A stretch of 64,000 nucleotides of DNA from Octopus bimaculoides (GCF_001194135.2 NC_068987.1:6051383-6115382), one strand, 5' to 3'. Positions 1-12,623 are shown, counted from the stretch's first letter. Numbers and translations: made by a program. The notes: generated by a model from the sequence alone, not told the origin.

Positions 1-96
1 ATTTTTAATTATTTCCTGTAATAATATTGTATATGACTTGAGATGTTTGCCTTGCCTTAATGTTTGACGTCATGTTTAACAATTATATAGATATAC

Positions 97-127
<31 letters not shown>

Positions 128-310
128 AATACATAAATACATGAGCTGTTTATCTTGACATGAGATCACCATGTCGCGCTCATATGGTTGTGATGCATGT
201 GCCTGGTGTACCCTTATCAGAAGGGTAGTCATGATGGGTATACTGGGCTTCACATATTTTACCCCAGTGTCACTTTGATGGCATGCACTGCTCTGTCATA
301 CACACATATA

Positions 311-446
311 GCGTGGTTTTATACTAAGAAGCCTGCTTCCCAATCACATAGTTCGGAGTTCAATCCCACTGTGTGGCACCTTGGGCAAGTGTCTTCTACT
401 ATACCCTCGGGCCGACCAAAGCATTTTAAGTGGATTTGGTAGACAG
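311..446 (+). mobile_element. SINE family A, 5' half (degenerate)
   Basis: Matches the head of the full-length copy at 20437-20945 (cccactgtgtggcaccttgggcaagtgtcttctactata...gccgaccaaagc...gtggatttggtagac); ends in GT-rich repeat. Confidence 0.85.
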
Positions 447-720
447 GTGTGTGTGAGTGCGTGCGTGTATGTAGGTATGTAGGTTAACAAGCTGCTTTCT
501 TACAAACCTGCAGTTGTTATACGTTTGGTGTTTGGCCTTTGAAGAAATAGAGAGGATATGCATTGAAGCAATTGTACGATCATAATGCATCGCCTGGTTA
601 ATAGAATCAGTATTGACCAAACTTTGATCAATAACCTATTGACCACTTGCCTTAGTGATATTCTGCTCGGTCTAAACGTGTCTATCTGTGCGTAAATATG
701 TATATATGTATACAACTATA

Positions 721-920
721 GAGGCGCGGGCGTAAGTGTGTGGTAAGAAGCTTCTTGCGCAATCACATGGTTCCAGGTTCAGTCCCAATTTGTTACGCCC
801 TGGGCAAGTGTTTTCTTCTATAGTCTCAGGCCGACCAAAGCTTTGTGAGTGGATTTGGTAGAGGGAAACTGAAAGAAGCCTGTCGTATATATGTATATAT
901 ATATATGTGTGTGTGTGTCC
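721..920 (+). mobile_element. SINE family A, 5' half ending in (TA)n(TG)n
   Basis: tgtggtaagaagctt...ggttcagtccc...tgggcaagtg...ccgaccaaagctttgtgagtggatttggtaga.ggaaactgaaagaagcc.gtcgtatat, as in 20437-20612. Confidence 0.9.
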
Positions 921-933
921 GTACATGTGAACG

Positions 934-1100
934 GAGGGTGTCAACTATATTAACACAAGTATTTGGCTCGTATCTTAATTTATCAACAGTAGCAAAATAA
1001 ATAACAAGTCGACTTCGGCGGGATTTGAACACCAGAACATCTAAAAGTGCAGAACTAAATCCGACAAGGCATTCGACGGGAGCTCTACCAGTTCTGCCTC
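934..1100 (-). mobile_element. SINE family C, degenerate copy
   Basis: Reverse complement similar to 53010-53222 (plus strand reads aatttatc...aagtcgacttcggcgggatttgaac..cagaac). Confidence 0.65.
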
Positions 1101-2171
1101 TCGAATCTACGAACTGAAATCAAACCAAAAATCTTGCTCAGCAAGTGTTGATGTTCGATTGTATGTGGAAGCATAGAAAGCGGTGTCATGTTGCGCGTTG
1201 AACATATTTTAAAAAATCTCTTTTCACCAGACGCAGCGTGAAAACTAAAAGATTGACGATATCAAAGAATATTTTTGTTTAAAACAAAGTCTGTTGGAGT
1301 CTATCTGTCTGAATGGTATTGTAGTCGTGGTCATACCACCACCTGTTACAATACACTGTAAGATATAGATAAATACAATATGTAGCGTATCTATTTTTCT
1401 ATAGAAATTTGCTGGAAAAAAAAACCAAACTGTTCTGCGCATTATAAATATTTAGATAACATATATAGATAGACACAAATATATTAGTATGTACACAAAC
1501 ATTGTGTACACACAATTACACAGGAAAAACAATTCTTTTCTATTCACATATGATTATTATTGATATAGCCGTGTTTCATTATATTCTTTTGGAAACCGAT
1601 TTATCAATATACGGAGGCAACTCGTGATAATTTCAATTGACAGAAAATCTCAAATTTAGAAGGCTTTATATTCAGCTGGTAAATGATTCGGTCGGGAGAC
1701 ACGAATACATTTTAGCGCTCTTCAGAGTGGATAATACTTACCACAAAATATAGGAGTCAAATAATAGTTCCAAAAAGTATTTCTCCTTTAAGGGACCTGC
1801 CTCATATTTGAAACGATAGGTAGGGAGTTAATATTTACTTTTTCGAATTTACGTTCCTCTTTATGTTGTAACCACTGGTTTCTCGTATTTTTGAAAAGAA
1901 AACTAACGTCTATATTCCCGAGTAGTGTATTAGCTAGTCGCTTATGGAATACCTCTCACCAGCTGTGGGATCCAGAATGAACGTAGTGTTGTGTGCCTAA
2001 GTTCAGAGACGCGGAATAATGTGAGAACACAGAGGATAACATGAGGTTTTTTGAGTAAAATTAATGGCAAAGATAACTAAATAGATAGATGTAGCGCGAC
2101 TAATAAGAAGATAGGAAAATAATTTGCAAGGGTAATAGAGTTCTATATTTAATACAGTTCTATATGCCCAT

Positions 2172-2437
2172 GGGCATGTGGTGTAGTGGTTAAGAGCGCA
2201 GGCAACTAACCCCAAGATTCTGAGTTCGATTCCAGGCAGTGACCTGAATGATAATAATAATAATAATAGTAATAGTAATAGCAACAACATTGATAAATAC
2301 CTTAGGAATGAGAACCCAGGTTCGAAATTTCCCGAAGACACCTGACGAAGGCTGGAGGGTATATCAGCTGAAACGTTGTGTTAACAACAAACAGGATGAG
2401 GACAAATATCCATCAAATGTAAATAATATAAATAATT
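2172..2437 (+). mobile_element. SINE-like family D: tRNA-like head + (AAT)n + hammerhead-containing 3' module
   Basis: A-box TGGTGTAGTGG (2179-2189), B-box GTTCGATTC (2224-2232), AAT-type tract, then a module near-identical to 43593-43790(-) and partly to 48751-49011. Confidence 0.85.
2337..2382 (+). ncRNA. minimal type I hammerhead ribozyme motif (Penelope-type, predicted dimer-dependent)
   Basis: GACAC-CTGACGA-A-GGCTG(gagggtatat)CAGCT-GAAA-CG-TT-GTGTT: stem I 5 bp, CUGANGA and GAAA core, stem II 5 bp, palindromic ACGU in place of stem III, GUU cleavage triplet. Confidence 0.7.
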
Positions 2438-2898
2438 TGCGAGACGGAGTTTTGAATCGTGCAAATGGAAAAAATTCAGCGAGAGAAAGTTTGAGTAAGA
2501 GAGAGAGATGGGATTAGCCAAGTAGTTGCAACGAAAATCCAAGAAAGCGGACACCTACCAAATATATACCCCTACACACATATTGTATCCCCTCCACACA
2601 CATTAAGTGTTTATACAGTACGAGGAGAGTAGACAAAGAGACATTTAATGGGGTCTTAGAGTCAAGTTTTGGCTGCTATATCTAGCATGGTGGTATCTCT
2701 TAGATACCCTTAATTATAATTATATATANNNNNNNNNNNNNNNNNNNNNNNNNNNNNNNNNNNNNNNNNNNNNNNNNNNNNNNNNNNNNNNNNNNNNNNN
2801 NNNTTAATATATAAATTGCTTATTTCCTTGATGACCACCTGATAATTATCATTAACGTGATTTTTTATCCCTATTTTGTGAATATATATTTACATACA

Positions 2899-2900
<2 letters not shown>

Positions 2901-2963
<63 letters not shown>
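2901..2963. repeat. (CA)n microsatellite
   Basis: Direct reading. Confidence 0.98.
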
Positions 2964-2964
<1 letters not shown>

Positions 2965-3825
2965 TATTCCTTAAAGTTCGTATCCTCTCTTGGTCAACCG
3001 TAATTCTTCTGGGATCGATAAATAAAGTACCACTCTTGTAAAGAAGTTGGTTCTTCTCTTTCCCTTATTTTTTTTTCTTTCTGCCTGTCTCTTCTGAAAG
3101 AGACCCAAGTGGTCACATCCAGCGAGCAAAGAGCACCGGATGGTCTGAATTTCCCAAGATCTCCCTGGCCAGTACACCACGATGGTGTTGCTGTTTCTAC
3201 CACTCCGTTAAAGAATTAAAGCTTCATAACACTTATAATATTCGTTACAAACCTCCTCTGGAACTGATAACAAGAACACCGATAAATACATTATTGGCTT
3301 CCACCACTGATAATATTTGCATCGTCAGTTTGAACTTTGGCAAGGTGTAGATAACATTTGGTCCAATATCTGTAAACTTTTAGCAACATAACAGAAAAAC
3401 GAAGCTAATTATGATGTGAAACCAGCACGGTATTATGATACCATATTTTCTCTACCATAGTAAAAGCCTTATTAGCGTTGCCTGCAATCATAGATATTAT
3501 TCTCACTATAGCCATTAATATAAGGAAAAACTTACACCAGATACAAAAGTTACTTTATTCGCAAACACGGCTATGCTGACTAAATTGCCAACAGAAATAA
3601 TTTAAATCTATTTATAGTTAGTGATTGAGAGAAGTGCCAAGAGGTCTGGCCTCAGAGTTTTAGGTCATTATCGTGGACTTATGTTTGTTTGTTAGCTGTA
3701 TACGGTGAATATATAAATTATTAACAAGAAACAAAAGGAGAGAAAACTGAGAAAGCAATAAACTAGAATTAACCGACATATTCCTGCCATGGGTGAGTGT
3801 TATATTGATTAGTGGAATACCTAAC

Positions 3826-4015
3826 AGACACACACACATGAACACAGACACATATTTCAACATACACGCAAACATAAATACATACATGCATACATCATAC
3901 AGACACACGTACACACATGAACACAGATACATATATTTCAACATACACGCAGACATAAATACATACATGCATACATCATATATACATACACTTACACATG
4001 AACACAGATACACAC
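3826..4015. repeat. ~83-bp tandem minisatellite built from CA/TA-rich sequence (~2.3 units)
   Basis: acacatgaacacagaYac recurs three times; atttcaacatacacgcaRacataaatacatacatgcatacatcata recurs twice. Confidence 0.85.
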
Positions 4016-4078
4016 TTACATACACAAACACACGAATAATATATACATGTATGTGAGTGTGTGTGGTTGTGTGTGTGC

Positions 4079-4080
<2 letters not shown>

Positions 4081-4164
<84 letters not shown>
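4081..4164. repeat. (TG)n microsatellite
   Basis: Direct reading. Confidence 0.98.
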
Positions 4165-4166
<2 letters not shown>

Positions 4167-4294
4167 CACAGGCATTCTGAATTAGAAATACAGTTCTGAA
4201 TGAAATTTGTTACAAATACAGTTAGTTGCATTATCACCTACACAGACCAAATCACACACATACATACATACGCACACATATACACAATGGTTCA

Positions 4295-4333
<39 letters not shown>

Positions 4334-4989
4334 TACACACACATACCAGTGTTCACACATACACATACTAATACTATACGACCAATCATACAGTTACGAA
4401 ACCTACAACGAGTTCTGTGGGTAAGCATACGTTGTTGTGTACGCATGCGTGCGTGTGAAATTTAACGTAAGTGTATATACGTACGTGGTTTTGTGTGTGT
4501 TTAAGAAATTGGTAATAAGAGTTACATTACATATACGTTATTACCAGTTTTACACCTTGGAACAAAAGCGTGAAACGAAACGTCTTCCAAGTCTCATTTT
4601 ACTATCAGTTTCTGTTCGACTGTTGCTCTTCCAATGGCATTTGATAGCATTCTGACAAATTGGAGTGAACAATCCACAACATGTGATTCACACGGTTCCG
4701 ACCATCTACCCCGTCACCACCACACACACACGATCAGACATACATATAGATCCAGTCATGGCAGAATGTTTAAGATGTTGGCTTCGCAGCTAATAGGTCT
4801 CGAGTTCGGTTCCACGGCGGGGCATCTTGCATAAGTCTCTTCTGATAAAGCGACCAGCTAACGAATTATTAATGAGTAAAACTGGTTGATGGAAAGGATG
4901 TGGAAGACCAATGCATATTTATGAATATACGTGTGCGTGTGTGTGTTGTTGTTGTTGTTGTTGTTTCTGCTTGCGTCGGTTTCTTTATT

Positions 4990-5289
4990 CTTTTATCTTT
5001 TACTTGTTTCAGTCACTGAATGGCCGCCATGCTGGGACAGCGCCTTCAAAGGTTTTGTAGAAACAAATAGACACCACTACTTATTGCTTTTAGATGCTTT
5101 ACTTATACCATATATAGATACACGGGCTTCTTTCAGTTTTCGTCTGCCAAATCCACTGGTAAGGATTTGGTTGGATCGAGGCTATAGTAGAAAGAGGACG
5201 TTTTCCGAAGATGCCATATGGCTAGAAAGAACCCGACACCATATGGTTACGAAGCAAATACTTCTTACCACAGAGCCACTCCTGCGTCT
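4990..5289 (-). mobile_element. SINE family A, internally deleted degenerate copy
   Basis: 3' tail (tacttgtttcagtcact..tggccgccatgctgg) and head (gggcttctttcagttttcgtctgccaaatccact...cttcttaccacagagccactcctgcgtc) both present on the minus strand; middle largely absent. Confidence 0.8.
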
Positions 5290-5602
5290 TTATAAAGAAA
5301 TGTTATACTTTCCATTTCTAAAATATACATACCAACATTTAATAACAGATTTTAATGTATTTTCCTTCAGCTGTGTGTCTGAAGTAATGCTAATATATCG
5401 ACTTCGAGGCATTGGAATATTACGGCATTATGACATAACATAATACAAGAAAGACATAGGAAACTCACAAAGTAACAGCTGCTCTTTCACATTTCCTACA
5501 GCCAGGCAGCAATTCCGTCATATGGATGTGAGCAGACTCTGTTGTCACATACGTAGATTTAAGTCGCTAAGATGGACAATTAAGTTGAATTCCATATTCT
5601 AT

Positions 5603-5830
5603 TATTCTGTTATTCTGTTATTCTTTTACTTGTTTGAGTCATTTGACTGTGGCCATGGTGGAGAACTGCTTTTTAGTCGAACAAATCGACCCCAGGACTT
5701 ATTCTTTGTAAGCCTATCGGTACTTATTCTATCGGTCTCTTTTGCCGAACCGCTAAGTTACGGGCACGTAAAGACACTAACATCGGTTGTCAAGGGATGG
5801 TGGGGAACAAACACAGACGCACAAACAAAC
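5603..5830 (-). mobile_element. SINE family A, 3' half
   Basis: Reverse complement of 20740-20945-type sequence (gaccccaggacttattctttgtaagcct...ttttgccgaaccgctaagttacggg). Confidence 0.9.
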
Positions 5831-5838
5831 AAACACAC

Positions 5839-5896
<58 letters not shown>

Positions 5897-5929
5897 TTAC
5901 ACATATATATTTGTATCTATGTATGTGTG

Positions 5930-6148
5930 TGTTTGTTTTTATTTGTGTGTCTGTGTTTGTACCCCCACCATCGCTTGACAACCGATGTTGATGTGCTTAC
6001 GATCCCGTAACTGAGCAGTTCGGCAAAAATAACTGATCTAATAAGTATTAGGCTTACAAAGAATAAGTCCTGGGGTCGATTTGTTCGACTAGAGGCTGTG
6101 CTCCAGCATGGCGGCAGTGAAATGATTGAAACAAGTACAAGAATAACA
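5930..6148 (+). mobile_element. SINE family A, 3' half
   Basis: catcgcttgacaaccgatg...cccgtaact.agc.gttcggcaaaa...ggcttacaaagaataagtcctggggtcgatttg...gctccagcatggc...gaaacaagta. Confidence 0.9.
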
Positions 6149-6224
6149 GACTTGTATGCTTGCATCAAGGAAGACTTATACTTGTAAATATATGCACTTA
6201 TCAAAATATATACAACAATCTATT

Positions 6225-6274
<50 letters not shown>

Positions 6275-6289
6275 GAAGCATTTACACTT

Positions 6290-6645
6290 GCTAAAGCGTA
6301 CATCCAATGAATATTAACTTCTACTAGATATACGCATAATATATACACACACTCTCATATGCAGCTTGGAAAACATAAACATGCTCACTCATATAAACGC
6401 TAGCTAAAAGATGTACAATCGATATTACTTCCCCTGTACATATACATAAATTATACACAAAAATACTTCTGAAAACACACTCCCACCTATGCGCACACAC
6501 TGGCTAATACATACAAACAATCAATATTCTTTACATCTACGAATATAAGAAAAAAAGATTACTCACACACTTCCGAAAACATACAAACAAACGCACATAT
6601 AAACAAGCTAAGATGTAGCTACAATCGATATTACCTCCCTTTGTG
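6290..6645. repeat. degenerate ~105-bp tandem repeat (~3.5 units)
   Basis: Motifs gctaa..tacaatcgatattac and cttcYgaaaaca recur at about 100-110 bp spacing. Confidence 0.5.
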
Positions 6646-7068
6646 AACTCTCCAGCTACATTCTTCACCTTCCCACTTCGTACTTACTCAAAATATGGCT
6701 TCAGCATAAACGCATATGGATTACTAATCTCTATTTTGATATTATTTTTCTCTTTCACCATCTCCCCACTCCCCTCTCTCCTCTCTGTTTTTTTCATTTC
6801 TCTCTATCACCTCTCTTTCCTTTCTGATGAAAAACAAATAAGATCGAAGCATCAACCATTTCTTTCATTCTCCTCATTTATCATCAAACTAATACTCATT
6901 TTAAACGTGTTATTCGATATTCGTTGGTTGTATTGTTATTAAACATTCCCATATAGATTCTGAAGCTGATTCAGACTCGCTTCTATCCATAAACGATTTA
7001 CTTCTTGGAATACTATCTTCGAAAATCCTGGATTGCCATTTCGGATTTCAGATATCATCCCATCTGCA

Positions 7069-7127
<59 letters not shown>

Positions 7128-7323
7128 NNNNNNNNNNNNNNNNNNNNNNNNNNNNNNNNNNNNNNNNNNNNNNNNNNNNNNNNNNNNNNNNNNNNNNNNN
7201 NNNNNNNNNNNNNNNNNNNNNNNNNNNNNNNNNNNNNNNNNNNNNNNNNNNNNNNNNNNNNNNNNNNNNNNNNNNNNNNNNNNNNNNNNNNNNNNNNNNN
7301 NNNNNNNNNNNNNNNNNNNNNNN

Positions 7324-7372
<49 letters not shown>

Positions 7373-8290
7373 ACTTATAAATAAGGGCAAAAGAAAACAA
7401 ATTCCTCTGCCAGATATGCTGAAAATAGACTTTAAATCGTCAATAACCACATTTAATTCATCCCTAAAAGCACGCGTCTCGAAGCAAGCTGACAGAAATT
7501 TCTTAAAAAATTCCGTTATTACCGAGTCGGTCCGTTTTCTGAGTAAATTCATAAAGAAGTTTCTCGTCATCAGCGGCAAATACGTTAAGAAATAAATGAA
7601 ATACTTCCTTGCATCCATGGAACAAACATGACAATTGATAGGGAGGTACCCCTCCAACATGGTAAAATGACAACTTTTCAATATGTGTTAAATGAATCTG
7701 TTTTTTTTAGAAAATGTATTCATTTATGAAAAGATTTTGCTTTTCAGATTATTATTATATATATATACTTGAGTTATTTAAAATGGGTCTTCATTTTTTG
7801 AGATCAAATCCCGCTCAGATTTATTCCGGCTCTTCATAATTTAGTGAATTGTTTGAATACGTAAGAGTAAATACTAGAAAACCCGATATAATCAATTTTA
7901 TTTCCCGCCAAATTCCTGGCCTTTTACCTCTGTAAGAAATCAATACAGAAGATTGGAACACGTCTACATCTATGCCTCTATGTATATCTATCAAACAATC
8001 AATGTATATGTGTGTATGTTTGTGTATGTTTGTACACGTATGTGTGTATACATATTGTGTGTGTGTGTGTTTATATCTGTATATCATATGTGTCTATGTA
8101 AAAATGTATAAATATACAGATAAATATGTATAAAATATATATATATACACAAATTCATACATATACACATATACATATCTAACTATTTATCCATTTATCT
8201 TTCTGTTTGTCTATAGAGCATGTGTGCATGAGTGAGTGTGCATGTGTGTCCATAAAGGTACGCATTTATTCACATGTATGTATATCTATA

Positions 8291-8326
<36 letters not shown>

Positions 8327-8904
8327 ATATATGTGTACTTATACATACATATGTACACACACAAACACATGGAGGAAGTGAGACAGAAAGGATGAGAGAG
8401 ATAGAGAGAAGGAGATACAAGTTTCGATGTAGAAAGGAAAGGAATAAAATTACCAATAATACACATAGAAGAGTTTAAACATTTACTTGAAGGCAAGTTT
8501 TTTTTTCCTCCTCAATCGCTATTTAGAGATTCACATTTCCGCTTTTCGCTTCGCCATATATACAAAATCAGGCATAAAATCTTTATAGATGTTTGAAGAT
8601 ATACACATTTCATGGACGTCTTGATAGCAAAGATAATATAACAACGGTTGTGCTTCGTATGATTTCTGCCTGAAGGTACATTTAGCGATACGTCGTTATA
8701 CAATGCCTTCTGTATAAATTTTGATATTATCGATGATATAGCGGAGGTCAACTGCTTTGCAGAACCTTCCATTGCACAAACATACATAAACACACAAAGA
8801 TGTGAGTTGGTTTTTGTGTCTCTACTCCATAATAGAGCGGATATATTCAGAAAACGGGAAATATGGCATGCACAGTATAATATCTTTTGTTGTGTTTTAT
8901 CCTA

Positions 8905-9164
8905 TGTTTCTTCATTTGTTTCAGTCAGTCGACTGCAACCATGCTGGGGCACCGCTTTGAAGGGATTTGGTCGAACAAATCGCCCCCAGTACGTATCATA
9001 TTTAATCTAGTATTCCTTTTATCACTACCTTTTGCCGAACCACTAAGTTACCAGGGTGTAACAAGTCCAACATCCGTTATGAAACAACGGCGGGATGGAG
9101 ACAAACACATGCAAAAATGCATGCACACGCACACACAAACACGCACATACACACAGACACATAT

Positions 9165-9206
<42 letters not shown>

Positions 9207-9335
9207 ACACCAGTACGACAAGTTTACACGTAGTTTGTCAACGAAATTCACTTACAAGGTATTGGTTGATGCTATAGCAGAAGACACGTGGCCAATGTGT
9301 CACACAGTGGAACCGAACCCGAAACGAAGAGGTTA
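8905..9335 (-). mobile_element. SINE family A, near full-length old copy with internal (CA)n
   Basis: 3' half, internal CA tract (9130-9210) and degenerate head (gctatagcagaagacac.tggccaatgtgtcacacagtggaaccgaacc) are collinear with 20437-20945. Confidence 0.8.
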
Positions 9336-10699
9336 CAACTACGGGTTTTTCCTTGTTTCTCTGCAGAACATTTAAATGATTGATTGTTTGTTTTTTGTTT
9401 TTTTCCTTCTTTTAATATTTCGAATAGAAACCGTATATTCTTAGAATTTACTTAGGACACGTAAAGATCTGTTCAGAAGGGATCGATTATTCTTACATTA
9501 CAAAGATATTAAATGCAGAATGAAACAGTTATTTTATTATGGATTACAATAATATCACTAATGCCTCTGTTGAAAATACGAAGGAATTTGATAGTATGGC
9601 AAATTGGATACAAGGAGTGTTAGAATAAATAAACGAATATTTATCAAAATTCTTGACCGCCATGAAAATGTTCACTGGAACAGAGAAAGAGTCAAATTAC
9701 ATTACAATAGTTAGTTTCGGTCCGCTTAATTCCGAGCTGATATCCCGTCGAGACATATTTAAACATATCACGGCGGATACAATATACAAAAGCGGAATCA
9801 ACCGAATATTACTTTGGCTTTAAAGAACTCCCGCTGCGCCTAAGGGAGAAATTAATATTAGAAATGTGCTGGCGCGGAATAAGGAGACAGTAATTTAGCA
9901 GAAGTTACTGTTGAAATTATTTATGGAACAACGTAGGGATGCAGTAATTGTGATGTTGGTATCTTTCAAAGCCTGAGAAGAGTGATAATGCTTTGTATAT
10001 TGGCATTTATTTCGAACTGAGTGCACTAAAACCAACAAGCATTTGTTGGCTATTGCAATTGTTATTTTCAACATACAATATTCATATACTACCAGAACAA
10101 TATGTGTATATATCAAAATGATGACATGCATTAAAAGGAACCGTTATAAACAAGCTGTTTACTGATATCCCCAAAAGTTGATTTTATATCAATCCTTATT
10201 ATAATGGAACTCAAGCAAATATATGTTTCTTGATAACCAAAACACTACCAGCCATTCCCACACCCTCCCAGAGGAACTAATTTCACAACTTTCGCGGAAT
10301 AATTGAATTAGAAAGTATAAGAGAGAGAGTTGGGAAGAAAGAAAGATTTCTTTTCTGGCAATAGTTAGAATCGACTGCATTATTGTCTAACAATATTTTC
10401 CTCCATGAAAGCTGACGTCAGCACACGTCGAGATTGTTTTAATGTTCAAAAGGAGAGTGTTTATATTAATCGCTGGACCAGCTGAAATAGTAGCCCAAAT
10501 TTACCTCAAATCAGGCACTACTGCCTGATGATGGTAATTTTGTTCGAGATGAAGGAAACTAAAACAGGTTTTTATCTTCATAGGTCCTTACAATCAATGC
10601 AGATCAAGAGCGATACAATAGTTAAATTTACGTGTCACCAACCAGGGAGACAATATTGGCGGATGGAATTTGAATGCTAGAAATAGCAAATGTCAGTTT

Positions 10700-11010
10700 A
10701 TCGATCTGTCTGTCTGTCTATCTATCTCTCTATTTGTCTGTCTATCTATCTGTCTGTCTGTTTATCTGTCTGTCTATCTGTCTGTCTGCCTATCTATTTG
10801 TGTCTGTCTACCTATCTATCCGTCTGTCTGTCTGTCTATCTATCTGTTTGCTTGTCTGTCTTTCAGTCGGCTTGTCTGTTCATCTATTTATATATCTATC
10901 TATCTATCTGTCTGTCTCGGTGGCTGGCAGGCTGGCTGGAAGGCAGGCTGATTGGCAGGCTGGTGGCTGGCTCTTTGCCTACCTGCCTGTCTATCTATTT
11001 ATCTATCCAT
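10700..11010. repeat. compound (TCTA)/(TCTG)n tetranucleotide array
   Basis: Direct reading. Confidence 0.95.
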
Positions 11011-11274
11011 GATCTAACTCATCGTGTGGCTAAGAAATTCGATCTACAATCAAAGAGTGGTGATTTCGATCCCACCGCATGGCCTATTCAGCACATCTCA
11101 AATTTATACGCTCAAACCGAACCATATGTTTGAAATTGGTACAAGGAAATCTGTACAGAAGGTGGTCACATGAATTATACCTCTAATTCAAACAGATAAC
11201 CTTGTCACACACTGTGTCCACTCAGATTTAATTCAAGCATGAAGGTCACCGCGGAATCCTCAGCCACGTACAGC

Positions 11275-11276
11275 AA

Positions 11277-11324
<48 letters not shown>

Positions 11325-11366
11325 GTCGTCTGCCTTTCTGTCTGTCGTCTGTTTTTCTATCAATCA

Positions 11367-11402
<36 letters not shown>

Positions 11403-11444
11403 GTCGTCTGCCTTTCTGTCTGTCGTCTGTTTTTCTATCAATCA

Positions 11445-11522
<78 letters not shown>

Positions 11523-11545
11523 ATGTCTATCTATCTATCTATCTT
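11275..11545. repeat. (ATCT)n array containing an internal ~75-bp duplication
   Basis: atctgtcgtctgcctttctgtctgtcgtctgtttttctatcaatcaatct occurs twice inside the array. Confidence 0.95.
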
Positions 11546-12623
11546 ATCATTCTTTCTATTTACTATATATTATATATATATGTATAATATATAATATATA
11601 TATATATAATATATATGTATATATATGTATTTATGTATCTATATATCTATGTATATTACATATGGTAGAGGGAAAGAGCCCAAGACAAGTAATTCTTATA
11701 GTTATTTTAAGAATAAACAATCAGAGTGTTTATTTAGCCGGTTGATCAATAATTGCCTGGTGTATGGGAACAAATATTACATACACAAATTCATCACTGT
11801 TTATATCATGCATCGAACACATACCATATATACACAGATTGCAAGTATACAAGTATATATATATATATATAAATGTGTGTTTGTATGGATGTACGTATGC
11901 ATGTATGTATGTGTGTGTGTGTATGTGTAAGCCAAGAGATATTTCCGTATAATTAGTCTTCCAAATTTCAGAGGAGCATAGAAACCAATATATTTATTGA
12001 TACTTCGATTAACGACGAATGATAGACATCAGAATTTGTTGTCAATATTTTCTAGAGAACTTAGTCAATTTTATGCGTATTATGTATAATATATATATAT
12101 ATGTGTGCGTGTGCGTGTGTGTATGTGAGTGTGTCTATATATATAAACACACAGACATACATACCCACATATATATTTACATATATTTGCACACACAGAC
12201 TCACACATACCCGCGCTCACTTACACATACACACACACACGCGGTGTGTATCGGGGGTGTTTCTGTGTGAGCTGCGTAATAAAGTAAGCTTGCACGAGAC
12301 TTCAGCGCATTCAATGACCGGGTATTCACCCAGCAACGTGCAAGTTGAATAACCGGTGAGAAGAAAAATGAAGTCTTATTTAAAACGAATCTCATCATGA
12401 ATTTGACATTATTTCCAGTATTGATCCGCTGCATTTCTAAATATTGTTATTATTCATAAATTTCCTTTGAAATGACAATCCGAACATTCTTACGTATAGG
12501 AGTGTGTTTGTGTGTGTTTGTGTGTGTGTGTGCGTCTTTGTATGAGTCTGTGTGCACGTGTGTGTGAGCGTGTGTGTGAGTGTGTGTGTGTAAGTGCGTT
12601 TGTGTGTGTGCTTGTGTGTGTGC

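Noticed and set aside
3101-3344. 81-codon open frame after a strong pyrimidine tract
   Set aside because: Weak donor (gtgtag) and no recognisable protein similarity.
9539-10390. Plus-strand frame with relatively few stops starting MDYNNITNASVENTK
   Set aside because: About ten stops, no recognisable motifs, and alternative frames look equally protein-like.
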